Below are positions 1 to 10,990 of a DNA stretch of 47,282 nt, one piece after another. How positions within the stretch are numbered: the stretch's first letter is position 1; each line of letters opens with the position of its first letter. The notes under the pieces were generated by a model. It saw only the letters and a list, made by a program, of their open reading frames with translations, was not told where the DNA came from and did not search any database. Source of the DNA: Halanaerobiales bacterium. Lineage in GTDB: Bacteria; Bacillota; Halanaerobiia; Halanaerobiales; DATFIM01. Made by a program: the position numbers and the translations under genes. Where the stretch lies: NCBI GenBank assembly GCA_035270125.1, contig DATFIM010000139.1:1-47282 (forward strand), read 5' to 3'.

Positions 1-149
1 ACAAAAAGTCTTTCTCCATCATGTAAAGTAGGTTCCATTGAGCGACCATCTACTACAAAAGATTGAGCTACAAATGTGATTATAAAAAATGCTAAAATCG
101 CAGCAATAACAAGTGACTGTATAAGTTCTTTAATATCTGTGCTATCCAA
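1..149 (-). CDS. lepB: Signal peptidase I, N-terminal fragment (gene continues past left edge)
   Basis: Own translation of the minus strand from TTG at 149-147, with AGGAGG 8 nt upstream: (M)DSTDIKELIQSLVIAAILAFFIITFVAQSFVVDGRSMEPTLHDGERLF. This is a TM anchor followed by the SMxPT catalytic-serine box of type I signal peptidases. It is absent from the ORF track because it is truncated. Confidence 0.8.
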   Translation of the reverse strand, partial: MDSTDIKELIQSLVIAAILAFFIITFVAQSFVVDGRSMEPTLHDGERLF

Positions 150-180
150 TGTAGTTTCCTCCTACTCTAACAAAGCAAAT

Positions 181-510
181 TTATTCATCATCTTTTTCTT
201 TTTTTTCCTCTTCTTTTTCACCTTTTATCTTTTTTTCTTCAGGTTGATTTTCCTGATCAATTCTACCAATAGAATCTCTTATTAAATCGATATCAACATT
301 AGATGAAATTCTTAGTCTAATATTATTTTCTTTTATATTAATAATTTTTCCTCTAATTCCACCAATAGTAACTACTCTGTCTCCCACTTCTAGATTTTCT
401 ATCATCTCATCATGTTCTTTTTGTTGTTTTCTTTGAGGTCTTATTAAAAAGAACCACAATACACCAAAAATAACTACCCACATTAAAATTGTCAAAAATC
501 CCTGTTGCAT
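181..510 (-). CDS. yajC: Preprotein translocase subunit YajC
   Basis: Single N-terminal TM (FLTILMWVVIFGVLWFFLIRPQRK) plus a GDRVVTIGGIRGKI motif. It lies downstream of tgt, as in conserved queA-tgt-yajC clusters. ATG at 510 is preferred (AAGGGGGA 9 nt upstream); the track start at 516 is a TTG only 3 nt after the SD. The C-terminal tail is Lys/Glu-rich. Confidence 0.9.
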   Translation of the reverse strand: MQQGFLTILMWVVIFGVLWFFLIRPQRKQQKEHDEMIENLEVGDRVVTIGGIRGKIINIKENNIRLRISSNVDIDLIRDSIGRIDQENQPEEKKIKGEKEEEKKEKDDE

Positions 511-642
511 TATCAAAAATCCCCCTTTTAATATTTAATTGATCTTTTTTAATATTTAATTAATCTTTCCTTCTTTCTATTTATTCAACAATCGAACTTA
601 ATATTCCTGCCTTAATTTAGGAGAAATATTATTAATTAACTA

Positions 643-2818
<2,176 letters not shown>

Positions 2819-2836
2819 AAAATCCCTCCATCAAAC

Positions 2837-3862
2837 TCAATCTTTAAATAATCTTTCCTGTTCATTAGAATTAAACTCTAAATCAAGATGGTCATAGGCA
2901 GCACTGGTTGCAACTCTACCTCTTGGAGTTCTATCAATAAATCCAATTTGTAACAAATAAGGTTCATAAACATCTTCAATGGTTTCTCTTTCTTCACTTA
3001 GTGAAGCTGACATAGTTTTTAAGCCTACAGGGCCACCATCAAATTTTTTAATAATAGTTTTTAAAAGTCTATGATCAAAATTATCCAATCCCATTTCATC
3101 GATTTCTAATAAATTTAATGCTTTATCTACAACTTCAGTAGTTATTACTCCATCTGCTTTGACCTGGGCAAAATCTCTTACTCTTTTTAAAAGGCGATTA
3201 CTAATTCTAGGTGTTCCGCGAGAACGCCTAGCAATTTCAACAGCTCCTTCTTCTTCAATTTCTATATCAAGTATTCTTCCAGATCTCATAATTATATTTG
3301 TTAATTCTTTTTCATTATAAAATTCCAGACGATTAATAACTCCAAATCTATCTCTTAAAGGTGAACTTAAAAGACCAGCTCTTGTAGTTGCTCCTACCAA
3401 AGTAAATGAAGCTAAATCTAATCTTACTGATCTGGCACTTGGTCCTTTACCAATCATAATATCAAGTGAATAATCTTCCATAGCAGGATATAAAACTTCT
3501 TCTACCATTTTATTTAAACGATGTATTTCATCAATAAATAAAACATCATTTTTTTGCAAATTTGTTAAAATAGAAGCCAGATCACCTGGTCTTTCAATGG
3601 CAGGACCAGAAGTTGTATGAATACTTACATTTAATTCATTTGCAATTATATTAGCTAATGTTGTTTTCCCCAATCCAGGAGGGCCATAAAGTAATACATG
3701 ATCTAAGGCCTCACCTCGATCTTTTGCTGCTTTTACAAAAATATTTAATTTTTTCTTAACTTTTTTTTGACCTACATAATATTTTAATTTTTCCGGGCGG
3801 AGAGTGCTATCAAGATCTTTTTCTTTTTTTTGAGGAGTAACCACTCTTTTTTCTTCTTCCAT
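2837..3862 (-). CDS. ruvB: Holliday junction branch migration ATPase RuvB
   Basis: Walker [12 protein letters not shown], Walker B LFIDEIHR, sensor region [18 protein letters not shown]. It starts directly after the ruvA stop. Confidence 0.97.
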   Translation of the reverse strand: MEEEKRVVTPQKKEKDLDSTLRPEKLKYYVGQKKVKKKLNIFVKAAKDRGEALDHVLLYGPPGLGKTTLANIIANELNVSIHTTSGPAIERPGDLASILTNLQKNDVLFIDEIHRLNKMVEEVLYPAMEDYSLDIMIGKGPSARSVRLDLASFTLVGATTRAGLLSSPLRDRFGVINRLEFYNEKELTNIIMRSGRILDIEIEEEGAVEIARRSRGTPRISNRLLKRVRDFAQVKADGVITTEVVDKALNLLEIDEMGLDNFDHRLLKTIIKKFDGGPVGLKTMSASLSEERETIEDVYEPYLLQIGFIDRTPRGRVATSAAYDHLDLEFNSNEQERLFKD

Positions 3863-4453
3863 TTATAAACTCTCCTTCCCTAAAGTGCTTAATACTTTTT
3901 TAATCTTTATCTCAAGATTTTCATTATCTTTAAAATCTACATTGGCCATAGCTTTATCAATTTCTTTTCTGGAATATCCCAGACTTAAAATTGCATCATA
4001 CAATTCTTCATCTTCCTGGCTATTTTCACTTTTTTCTATATTAATATTTTTAGCCAGTTCATCAACTTTATTTTTTAATTCTAATACTAGTCTTTGGGCT
4101 GTCTTAGGTCCTATCCCTTTAACCTCTTTTAAAACAGCAATATTTTCAGTAAGAATTGCATTGATAAATCTATCATAACTTAAGTGAGAAAGTATATTTA
4201 TCGCTGCTTTTGGACCTATTCTAGAAACAGATAACAAAATTTCAAATAATTGTCTTTCTTCCATAGTTTGAAATCCATATAAAGCTAATTGATCTTCTCT
4301 AACATATGTATAAATATATAAATGGGTTTCTTTACCTTCAGCAGGCAGTCTGGTTATATCTGCTACTTCAACTAAATATCCAACTCCATTTACTTCAATA
4401 ATTAATTGACTTTCAAATTTTGTCTTTATTTTTCCTCGAAGACTTCCAATCAA
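3863..4453 (-). CDS. ruvA: Holliday junction DNA helicase subunit RuvA
   Basis: [10 protein letters not shown]-terminus and helix-hairpin-helix [13 protein letters not shown] start overlaps the ruvC stop (TTGA), with a GGGGTGA SD 6 nt upstream. Confidence 0.93.
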   Translation of the reverse strand: MIGSLRGKIKTKFESQLIIEVNGVGYLVEVADITRLPAEGKETHLYIYTYVREDQLALYGFQTMEERQLFEILLSVSRIGPKAAINILSHLSYDRFINAILTENIAVLKEVKGIGPKTAQRLVLELKNKVDELAKNINIEKSENSQEDEELYDAILSLGYSRKEIDKAMANVDFKDNENLEIKIKKVLSTLGKESL

Positions 4454-4947
4454 AGTTGGTCACCCCATCTCTTTTGAGCAATAACACTGTGACCATGACA
4501 AATAGAAACTGCAAGTGCATCAGCAGCATCATCAGGTTTAGGAATTTTTTCGAGACTTAATAAGGCTTTTACCATTTGTTGAACCTGCATTTTACTTGCT
4601 CTACCATAACCTACTACAGCCTGTTTTACCTGAAGTGGAGTGTATTCACCTACCTGTAATTCAGCCTGAGCTCCAGCAAGTAAAATAACACCTCTTGCCT
4701 GACCTACTTTAATCGCTGTTTTAACATTTTTATTAAAAAATAATTCTTCCACCGCCATATGCTCTGGTGAATATTTTTCTATTAATTCATTTAATTCTAT
4801 AAAAATTTTATTTAATCTATTACTATTTTTCATATCAGCAGGAGTTCTGATAGTACCATAATCTATTTTTTTAAAATTATTACCATTTTTTTCAACACAG
4901 GCATAACCTAATGTAGCTAATCCCGGATCTATACCGAGAATTATCAA
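4450..4947 (-). CDS. ruvC: Crossover junction endodeoxyribonuclease RuvC
   Basis: [13 protein letters not shown] catalytic N-terminus. I call the TTG at 4947 because an AGAGGTGA SD lies 5 nt upstream, giving (M)IILGIDPG like other RuvC proteins. The track ATG at 4983 adds 12 unconserved residues and has no SD. Confidence 0.9.
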   Translation of the reverse strand: MIILGIDPGLATLGYACVEKNGNNFKKIDYGTIRTPADMKNSNRLNKIFIELNELIEKYSPEHMAVEELFFNKNVKTAIKVGQARGVILLAGAQAELQVGEYTPLQVKQAVVGYGRASKMQVQQMVKALLSLEKIPKPDDAADALAVSICHGHSVIAQKRWGDQL

Positions 4948-5002
4948 AAAAATCACCTCTTTAAATACATAATTTCTTAACATAAAAATATATTAAAATA
5001 GA

Positions 5003-5030
5003 TAAAAGACACTGAAAAATCAGTGTCTTT
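5003..5030 (-). terminator. Intrinsic terminator downstream of yebC
   Basis: Minus strand reads AGACACTGA-TTTT-TCAGTGTCT followed by TTTTATC (stem arms 5007-5015 and 5020-5028). Confidence 0.7.
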
Positions 5031-5037
5031 TCAGTGT

Positions 5038-5802
5038 TTAATCCTCTTGCTCAGCGATTTCTTCCATGATTTCATCAGGAATATCAAAATTTGCATATAT
5101 TTCCTGTACATCATCATGATCCTCAAGTTCATCCATTAATTTTAGCATTTTTTTAGCATCTTTTTTATCAAGCTTTACATTATTATTAGGAATCATAGCA
5201 AGATCAGAAGAATTAAGGTCAAAACCTTTTTTCTCTAAGTTTTCTTTTACCTGTTCAAATTCTGTTGGATCAGCATATATTGTTACTGTATTACCTTCTA
5301 CTAAAACATCCTGAGCATCAGCTTCCAATGCTTCTAACATTAATTCATCTTCAGTCAGATCAGTTGAATCAAGATCTAAAATATACTGTCCTCTACGTTC
5401 AAACATCCAGGCTACACAACCTGACTGTCCTAGATTTCCTCCTCTTTCAGATAAGATATGGCGAAGTTCTGAAGCAGTTCTATTACGGTTATCACTCATT
5501 ATTTCGAGATAGAGAGCGACCCCACCTGGTCCATAACCTTCATAAACAAATTCTTCATAATTAACTCCTTCTAAATTACCAGTACCTCTTTTAATAGCCC
5601 TTTCTATATTATCGTTAGGCATATTATTATCCTGTGCTTTTTCTATTGCTCTTCTTAAATCAGGATTTTTTTCTGGATCACCGCCACCTTCTCTAGCGGC
5701 TACTGCAATTTTTTTGCTTAATTTTGAAAACAATTTTGCACGCTTTTTATCTTCTTTTTTCTTTTTATGTTTTATATTAGCCCATTTAGAATGACCAGCC
5801 AT
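5038..5802 (-). CDS. yebC: YebC/PmpR family transcriptional regulator / translation factor
   Basis: MAGHSKWANIKHKK N-terminus and overall YebC/TACO1 family pattern. It sits next to ruvC, as in many bacteria. Confidence 0.93.
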   Translation of the reverse strand: MAGHSKWANIKHKKKKEDKKRAKLFSKLSKKIAVAAREGGGDPEKNPDLRRAIEKAQDNNMPNDNIERAIKRGTGNLEGVNYEEFVYEGYGPGGVALYLEIMSDNRNRTASELRHILSERGGNLGQSGCVAWMFERRGQYILDLDSTDLTEDELMLEALEADAQDVLVEGNTVTIYADPTEFEQVKENLEKKGFDLNSSDLAMIPNNNVKLDKKDAKKMLKLMDELEDHDDVQEIYANFDIPDEIMEEIAEQED

Positions 5803-5847
5803 TTAGATAACCTCCTTACAATCATAATCCAATTGTTATTTTATCAC

Positions 5848-5876
5848 ATAATACAACTGTTTTCAATAAATGAGTC
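5848..5876 (-). promoter_or_regulatory. Sigma-A type promoter for yebC
   Basis: Minus strand: TTGAAA (5876-5871), a 17 nt spacer ending in TGA, then TAAAAT (5853-5848). About 45 nt upstream of the yebC ATG. Confidence 0.5.
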
Positions 5877-5900
5877 CATCTCTTAATTTATCTTACAGGC

Positions 5901-5936
5901 ATATACAGCAAAAAGAGTCATGGCCAAAATTAACCA
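5901..5936 (-). terminator. Intrinsic terminator after the small-ORF pair
   Basis: Minus strand: AAGAGTCATGG-loop-CCATGACTCTT followed by TTTTGCTG (arms 5903-5913 and 5924-5934). It lies 16 nt after the stop of ORF 5952..6152. Confidence 0.75.
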
Positions 5937-5951
5937 TGACTCTTTCATAAT

Positions 5952-6152
5952 TTATGCTTTTCTAAGGTCTTTAATTAAATTTTCTAATTCAAGTTTTGCT
6001 CCATTTTCCCATTTATTTAAAAATGACTTGATTTTTTCTTTTTCACTATCAGAAAAATCATATTCATCCACTTCTTCTGGTTCAATATTTTTTAACACTT
6101 TAATAGATTTTTTTATAGGATATTGTACTTTATAATAAATCTTATCAGTCAT
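5952..6152 (-). CDS. Hypothetical small protein (66 aa), no family recognised
   Basis: ORF track 5952..6161. ATG at 6152 (MTDKIYYKVQYPIKK...) has a GAAGGTGA SD 5-6 nt upstream, and ATGACTGA overlaps the stop of the upstream ORF. The track GTG start lies inside the SD. No TM segment; acidic centre (EPEEVDEYDFSDSEKEK). Confidence 0.55.
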   Translation of the reverse strand: MTDKIYYKVQYPIKKSIKVLKNIEPEEVDEYDFSDSEKEKIKSFLNKWENGAKLELENLIKDLRKA

Positions 6153-6369
6153 TTTTTTCACCTTCTTTTCTATTTACTAATGTCTTAAGTCTTGGTATCC
6201 CTTCCTTATTAAGAAAACGTAAATAGCCTTCAAGAGTTATTATCCTATTATCTAAAACTCTATCACTAAACTCAATATTATTTTTTTCAAATTTTGTAAC
6301 TTTTGTTAATGCCCTATCAAGGGTATTAACTGCACTTAATATTTCATTAGCATTTAAATTTTTGGCCAT
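6145..6369 (-). CDS. Hypothetical small protein (74 aa), no family recognised
   Basis: ATG with a GAGGTG SD 5 nt upstream. Composition looks helical, with no TM segment. It is translationally coupled to the downstream 66 aa ORF. Confidence 0.55.
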   Translation of the reverse strand: MAKNLNANEILSAVNTLDRALTKVTKFEKNNIEFSDRVLDNRIITLEGYLRFLNKEGIPRLKTLVNRKEGEKND

Positions 6370-6413
6370 ATTAACACCTCATTTTATGTAATATTTATTA
6401 CTTCTCTTTAAGC

Positions 6414-6442
6414 TTTATAATATTGAGACATACTTTATGTAA
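6414..6442 (-). promoter_or_regulatory. Candidate sigma-A promoter for the small-ORF pair
   Basis: Minus strand: TTACAT (6442-6437), 17 nt spacer, TATAAA (6419-6414). AT-rich context, so this is weak evidence. Confidence 0.3.
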
Positions 6443-6467
6443 TATTAATTTTTAAAATTAAAAAAGA

Positions 6468-6802
6468 TTATAAGTTGGCCTATAAGCCGAGTTCTGTAAT
6501 TGGTGATCATCTATCTGCAGTATCAATTTCTTGATACCTCGAGCGTTCATACCCGAAGATAGGACGGGCAGCCCTAAATCTCCCTATTTGAACTTACTCC
6601 AGGTGGGGTTTACCTAGCTATTCAGTCACCTAAACACTGGTGAGCTCTTACCTCACCTTTTCACCCTTACCAATAATGGCGGTTTGTTTCTGTGGCACTT
6701 TCCTGGGAGTCGCCTCCACTGGGAGTTACCCAGCACCATGCCCTTTGGAGCTCGGACTTTCCTCAGCTGATAAACAGCTGCGATCACCTGGCCAACTTAT
6801 AA
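6468..6802 (-). ncRNA. rnpB: RNase P RNA (ribozyme subunit)
   Basis: The minus strand contains the universal blocks GAGGAAAGTCCGAGCTC, GGTAAGGGTGAAAAGGTGAGGTAAGAGCTCACC and ACAGAACTCGGCTTATAGGCCAAC. The terminal P1 helix TTATAAGTTGGCC...GGCCAACTTATAA defines the ends. The segment is a GC-rich island in AT-rich DNA. Exact ends are +/- a few nt. Confidence 0.93.
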
Positions 6803-6825
6803 TCCGACATTTTTCACCATTAGCT

Positions 6826-6855
6826 AGTATATCATTGAATTACTATTTTTGTCAA
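6826..6855 (-). promoter_or_regulatory. Sigma-A type promoter for rnpB
   Basis: Minus strand: TTGACA (6855-6850, overlapping the nif3 TGA stop), an 18 nt spacer ending in TGA, then TATACT (6831-6826). About 25 nt upstream of the P1 5' end. Confidence 0.5.
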
Positions 6856-7973
6856 ATATATTTCCAGGGATTGGTATTTAATTCAGATTTTATAATATTA
6901 ACTTTATAATTTTTTTGAGAAACTTTTTTAGATAAATAAGAAAAAAGTAAGTTCTTAACTACTTTTTCAGTTCCATAATGACCGGCATCAATTAAATTTA
7001 ATCCTAATTGTTCAGCATGTTGAGCTTCATGATATTTTACATCACCAGTAATGTAGAGATCTGCCCCATTATATTTAGCTTTAGAAATAAAATCAGCTCC
7101 ACTACCACTACATAACGCTACTTTTTTTATTTCAGAATCATCATTACCATAATATCTAAGATATGGTAAGTTTAATTTTTCTTTTACTTTTTTAATATAA
7201 TCAATTAAATTATAATTCCTTTTAAGTTGACCAATTCTTCCTAATGAAATATTCATATCAGAAAAGTTATTTTCAAGAGGATAAATATCATAAGCAACTT
7301 CTTCATAAGGATGTACTTTTTTTACTAAATTAATTATATTATTTAAATTTTCTTCTTTTACGATAGTTTCAAATCTAAATTCATTGACCCGGGCCATCTT
7401 CCCCTCTTTACCTAAATAAGGGTTACTATTTTTTTCGGGTTGAAATGTCCCTTCACCTTTTGTTACAAAAGAAGTTTTACTATAATTACCAATTTGACCA
7501 GCATCATTAGCAAGTACCTTATCCCTTATCTTTTCTAAACTTTTTTCAGGACCAAAAATAACTAATTTATAATAATTTTTCCTCTCTTTTAAGGAAAGTC
7601 CCTCTAAATTATTAATATCCAATAAATCTGCTAAATAATCATTCAAACCACCCTGGGCAACATCTAAATTAGTATGAGCTGAATAGAGTGTAATATCATT
7701 TTTAATAGAATCAATTATTATCCTTCCAGTTGCTGTTTGATCATGTATAGATTTTAATTCATCAAAGATAACAGGGTGATGAGAGATGATTAGATTACAA
7801 TTCTTATCCTTAGCTTCATTAAGAACTTCTTTATTAATATCAAGGCTTACTAAAACGTTTTCTGTTTTTTGATTTAAACTTCCTGCCTGAATTCCAACAT
7901 TATCCCAATTATAGGCATAATTTTGGGGAGCTAAATCAGTTAATAGACTAATAATCATCTGGGCATTTACCAT
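6852..7973 (-). CDS. yqfO: Nif3-like dinuclear metal centre protein (YqfO / GTP cyclohydrolase 1 type 2 homologue)
   Basis: NWDNVGIQAG, ISHHPVIF and HTNLD motifs plus a central inserted domain, about 370 aa. It lies downstream of sigA, as B. subtilis yqfO does. Confidence 0.88.
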   Translation of the reverse strand: MVNAQMIISLLTDLAPQNYAYNWDNVGIQAGSLNQKTENVLVSLDINKEVLNEAKDKNCNLIISHHPVIFDELKSIHDQTATGRIIIDSIKNDITLYSAHTNLDVAQGGLNDYLADLLDINNLEGLSLKERKNYYKLVIFGPEKSLEKIRDKVLANDAGQIGNYSKTSFVTKGEGTFQPEKNSNPYLGKEGKMARVNEFRFETIVKEENLNNIINLVKKVHPYEEVAYDIYPLENNFSDMNISLGRIGQLKRNYNLIDYIKKVKEKLNLPYLRYYGNDDSEIKKVALCSGSGADFISKAKYNGADLYITGDVKYHEAQHAEQLGLNLIDAGHYGTEKVVKNLLFSYLSKKVSQKNYKVNIIKSELNTNPWKYI

Positions 7974-8012
7974 TTAAAATCCTCCTTAATGCAAATAATA
8001 AAAATTTCTCAT

Positions 8013-8042
8013 TGAAAAAACCTTGCTCTCTAGAACAAGGTT
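8013..8042 (-). terminator. Intrinsic terminator after sigA
   Basis: Minus strand: AACCTTG-loop-CAAGGTT followed by TTTTTCAA (arms 8019-8025 and 8036-8042). The stem begins at the sigA stop codon. Confidence 0.6.
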
Positions 8043-9120
8043 AATCCAAAAAATCTCTTAATTTTTTACTTCTGGTTGGATGTCTTAATTTTCGTAAAGC
8101 CTTTGCCTCAATTTGTCTTATGCGCTCTCTTGTTACATCAAATTCCTTACCTACTTCTTCTAATGTTCGAGATCTCCCATCTTCTATACCAAATCTTAAT
8201 TCCAAAATTCTTTTTTCTCTATCAGTAAGTGTATCAAGTACACTATCTAATTGTTCACGAAGCAAAATAAATGTTGCTGCTGATGCAGGAGCAGGAGCGT
8301 CTTCATCTTCAATAAAATCAACAAGATGGCTATCTTCTTCTTCACCAATAGGGGTTTCGAGAGAAACTGGTTCCTGTGATATTTTTTTGATTTCTCTGAC
8401 CTTTTTTGCAGTTAAACCCATTTCTTCTGCAATTTCATCATCTGTAGGTTCTCGACCTTTATCCTGTAAAAGTTGTCTGGAAACTCTAATTAGTTTATTT
8501 ATTGTTTCTACCATGTGAACCGGTATCCTTATAGTTCTGGATTGATCAGCAATAGAACGGGTTATAGCCTGTCTTATCCACCAGGTAGCATAAGTACTAA
8601 ACTTATAGCCCTTAGTATAATCAAATTTTTCTACAGCTTTCATCAATCCCATATTACCTTCCTGAATTAAATCTAAAAATAACATACCCCGTCCAACATA
8701 TTTTTTTGCAATACTTACTACAAGCCTTAAATTAGCTTCAACTAAATGTTGTTTGGCTCTTTCATCTCCATTTTCCATTCTTTTTGCAAGCTGAACCTCT
8801 TCTTCGGCTGTTAATAAATCTACTTTTCCGATTTCTTTTAAATACATACGAACAGGATCTTCAATCCCACTACTTTTTGAAACTGTTAAGTCTAAAGTTT
8901 TATCATCTTCTTCATCATCTAATTCAGAAATATCTTCAACTATATCGATATCTAAATCATTAAAAATATCATATATTTCATCAATTTGGTCAGAATTTAA
9001 CTGGGTTTTTTCGAGTTTATCCATTATTTTTTCATAAGTTAAATAACCCTGTTTTTTACCACGAATAACTAAATCATTTACTTCCTCTATATTATGAGTA
9101 TCAACCCTTTTTTCAGCCAT
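8041..9120 (-). CDS. sigA: Primary RNA polymerase sigma factor (sigma-70 / SigA)
   Basis: Region 2 ([12 protein letters not shown]) and region 4.2 ([29 protein letters not shown]). It immediately follows dnaG. Confidence 0.97.
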   Translation of the reverse strand: MAEKRVDTHNIEEVNDLVIRGKKQGYLTYEKIMDKLEKTQLNSDQIDEIYDIFNDLDIDIVEDISELDDEEDDKTLDLTVSKSSGIEDPVRMYLKEIGKVDLLTAEEEVQLAKRMENGDERAKQHLVEANLRLVVSIAKKYVGRGMLFLDLIQEGNMGLMKAVEKFDYTKGYKFSTYATWWIRQAITRSIADQSRTIRIPVHMVETINKLIRVSRQLLQDKGREPTDDEIAEEMGLTAKKVREIKKISQEPVSLETPIGEEEDSHLVDFIEDEDAPAPASAATFILLREQLDSVLDTLTDREKRILELRFGIEDGRSRTLEEVGKEFDVTRERIRQIEAKALRKLRHPTRSKKLRDFLD

Positions 9121-10914
9121 CTAGATCCCTCCTTCCCCTTTGCTTTTAAATAAATTTTGATAAGAAATTAAAATTTCATTTAAATCCATTAAAGAAATAT
9201 TTTCTTTTTGTAATTTTTTGTATAAATTAAATTTATATCTATATCGATAATTTTCTTCAAATTGGTGCAAATATGCTTTAAGAATTGATTTATTTATATC
9301 ACTTTTTTCTTCTACTTTTAATTTCATATATAATTTTTTAACACTATTATTTTCTAACTGCAAAAATACTTCATCAGGCGTTTTTTCAAATTTTAATGAT
9401 TTTAATTTTTCCCAGATTTCCTGAGTTATATTATCAAAAAAGTAATCTTTATTTACTTTTTCTTTTATAAAATCTCTATACTCTGGATAATCAATATAGG
9501 ATTTTAAAATTTTCTTTTCAATATCATTTATTCTCTGAATATTATTTTCGTTTTTATTACTTTTTTGGTAGTTATTAAATTTTCTATTTTTATTATTTTT
9601 ATTAGTTCTTTTTGTCTTTTCTCGTCTTTTTTCAACTTCCTGATATAATAAATCAGTATCTAAATCTATTTTTTTTGCGATTTCTTTAGTATATACTTCT
9701 CTTTCAATAGGATCTTTAATTTGTGCTAGAACTTCTACTATTTTATGAGTAGTATTAATTCTATCATCAGCATTTCTTAAATTTTTAGAAGATATTATAT
9801 TATCAACTTTAAATTCAATTAGTGAAAGAGAATCATCCTTTAAGTTTAAGAATTTTTTTTCACCTCTTAATTTGATAAAATCATCTGGATCAGTATCTTC
9901 AGGTAATTTAATAACTTTTACATTTAATCCCTCTTCTTTTAAAATTTCAAGTCCTCTAAGTGTTGCTTTAGCTCCAGCTGTATCTGAATCATATGCTATA
10001 TAGACTTTAGAAACATATCTTTTTAACATTTTTGCCTGCTTTTCAGTTAAAGAAGTTCCTAATGATGCCACAGCATTTTTGATACCATTCATATGAGCTG
10101 TTAACACATCAGTATAACCTTCCATTATTATTGCATTATTGCTCTTTCTCATATATTTTTTGGCCCAATTCAAACCATAAAGATTATCACTTTTATCATA
10201 GACCATTGTATCTGGAGAATTAAGATATTTGGGTTGGTTTATACTATCGTCTATTATTCTTCCTCCAAAAGCAAGAACTTCACTTCTGCTATTAAATATA
10301 GGAAAAATAATTCTATTTCTAAACCTGTCATAAAATTTTTGTTCATTTTTTTTAACTAGCAAACCTGCTTTTACCATTTCATCTTTAGTATAGCCTTTAT
10401 TTTTGAGAAACTTATAAAGAGCAGTCCATTTATCTGGAGCAAATCCAAGACTATATTTTTTTATATCATCTTCACTATAATTTCTATTTTTCAAATATGC
10501 AAGAGCTTTTTCCCCAATATCATGTTTTAATAACAGATAATTATAGAATTTGGCACTAATCATATTTATTTCAAAAATTTTATCTCTAAAATTGGCAACC
10601 TTTTTTTGATGATTACTTTGATTAGGTAATTCCATTCCGACACGTTCAGCAGTCATTTTCAGACTCTCAAAAAAAGTAATATGTTCAATTTCCATTAAAA
10701 AACTAAAGACATCGCCACCAGCACCACACCCAAAACAATGATAAAACTGATTGGCTGGGTTTACAGTAAAGGAAGGTGTTTTTTCTTGATGAAAAGGGCA
10801 GAGTCCTTTGTAATTTTTACCTGATTTTTTTAATTTTACATAATCAGATATTACATCTACAATATCTACTCTGTCTTTAACTTCTTCTTTAAATTCATTA
10901 GAAAGAGTTCCCAT
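9121..10914 (-). CDS. dnaG: DNA primase
   Basis: Zinc ribbon CPFHQEKTPSFTVNPANQFYHCFGCGAGGD and TOPRIM motifs EGYTDV and DSDTAG. An Asn/Lys-rich low-complexity linker precedes the C-terminal domain. Confidence 0.96.
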   Translation of the reverse strand: MGTLSNEFKEEVKDRVDIVDVISDYVKLKKSGKNYKGLCPFHQEKTPSFTVNPANQFYHCFGCGAGGDVFSFLMEIEHITFFESLKMTAERVGMELPNQSNHQKKVANFRDKIFEINMISAKFYNYLLLKHDIGEKALAYLKNRNYSEDDIKKYSLGFAPDKWTALYKFLKNKGYTKDEMVKAGLLVKKNEQKFYDRFRNRIIFPIFNSRSEVLAFGGRIIDDSINQPKYLNSPDTMVYDKSDNLYGLNWAKKYMRKSNNAIIMEGYTDVLTAHMNGIKNAVASLGTSLTEKQAKMLKRYVSKVYIAYDSDTAGAKATLRGLEILKEEGLNVKVIKLPEDTDPDDFIKLRGEKKFLNLKDDSLSLIEFKVDNIISSKNLRNADDRINTTHKIVEVLAQIKDPIEREVYTKEIAKKIDLDTDLLYQEVEKRREKTKRTNKNNKNRKFNNYQKSNKNENNIQRINDIEKKILKSYIDYPEYRDFIKEKVNKDYFFDNITQEIWEKLKSLKFEKTPDEVFLQLENNSVKKLYMKLKVEEKSDINKSILKAYLHQFEENYRYRYKFNLYKKLQKENISLMDLNEILISYQNLFKSKGEGGI

Positions 10915-10990
10915 AATTCACCTACCTTTTATATATCTATAATTCGTCAAATAAATTTATTTTCCTGCACTTTATAACATTAAAATATTA

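Noticed and set aside
76-285. Plus-strand ORFs in the track: 76..285, 3885..4178, 5265..5564, 5920..6135, 8120..8518, 13207..13389, 13633..13902, 15186..15416, 15464..15664, 20810..21166, 21417..21608, 26370..26552, 32234..32485, 33563..33829, 34239..34436, 35558..35824, 36320..36643, 37880..38089, 38682..38924, 40722..40910, 45309..45491.
   Set aside because: All lie antisense to strongly recognisable minus-strand genes. They have Ser/Leu/Phe/Ile-rich shadow-frame composition, lack SD sequences, and match no recognisable family. They are antisense artefacts of AT-rich coding DNA.
6640-6909. 89 aa plus-strand ORF.
   Set aside because: It lies entirely over the complement of the RNase P RNA gene and the nif3 3' end. 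Its open frame is a by-product of the GC-rich structured RNA.
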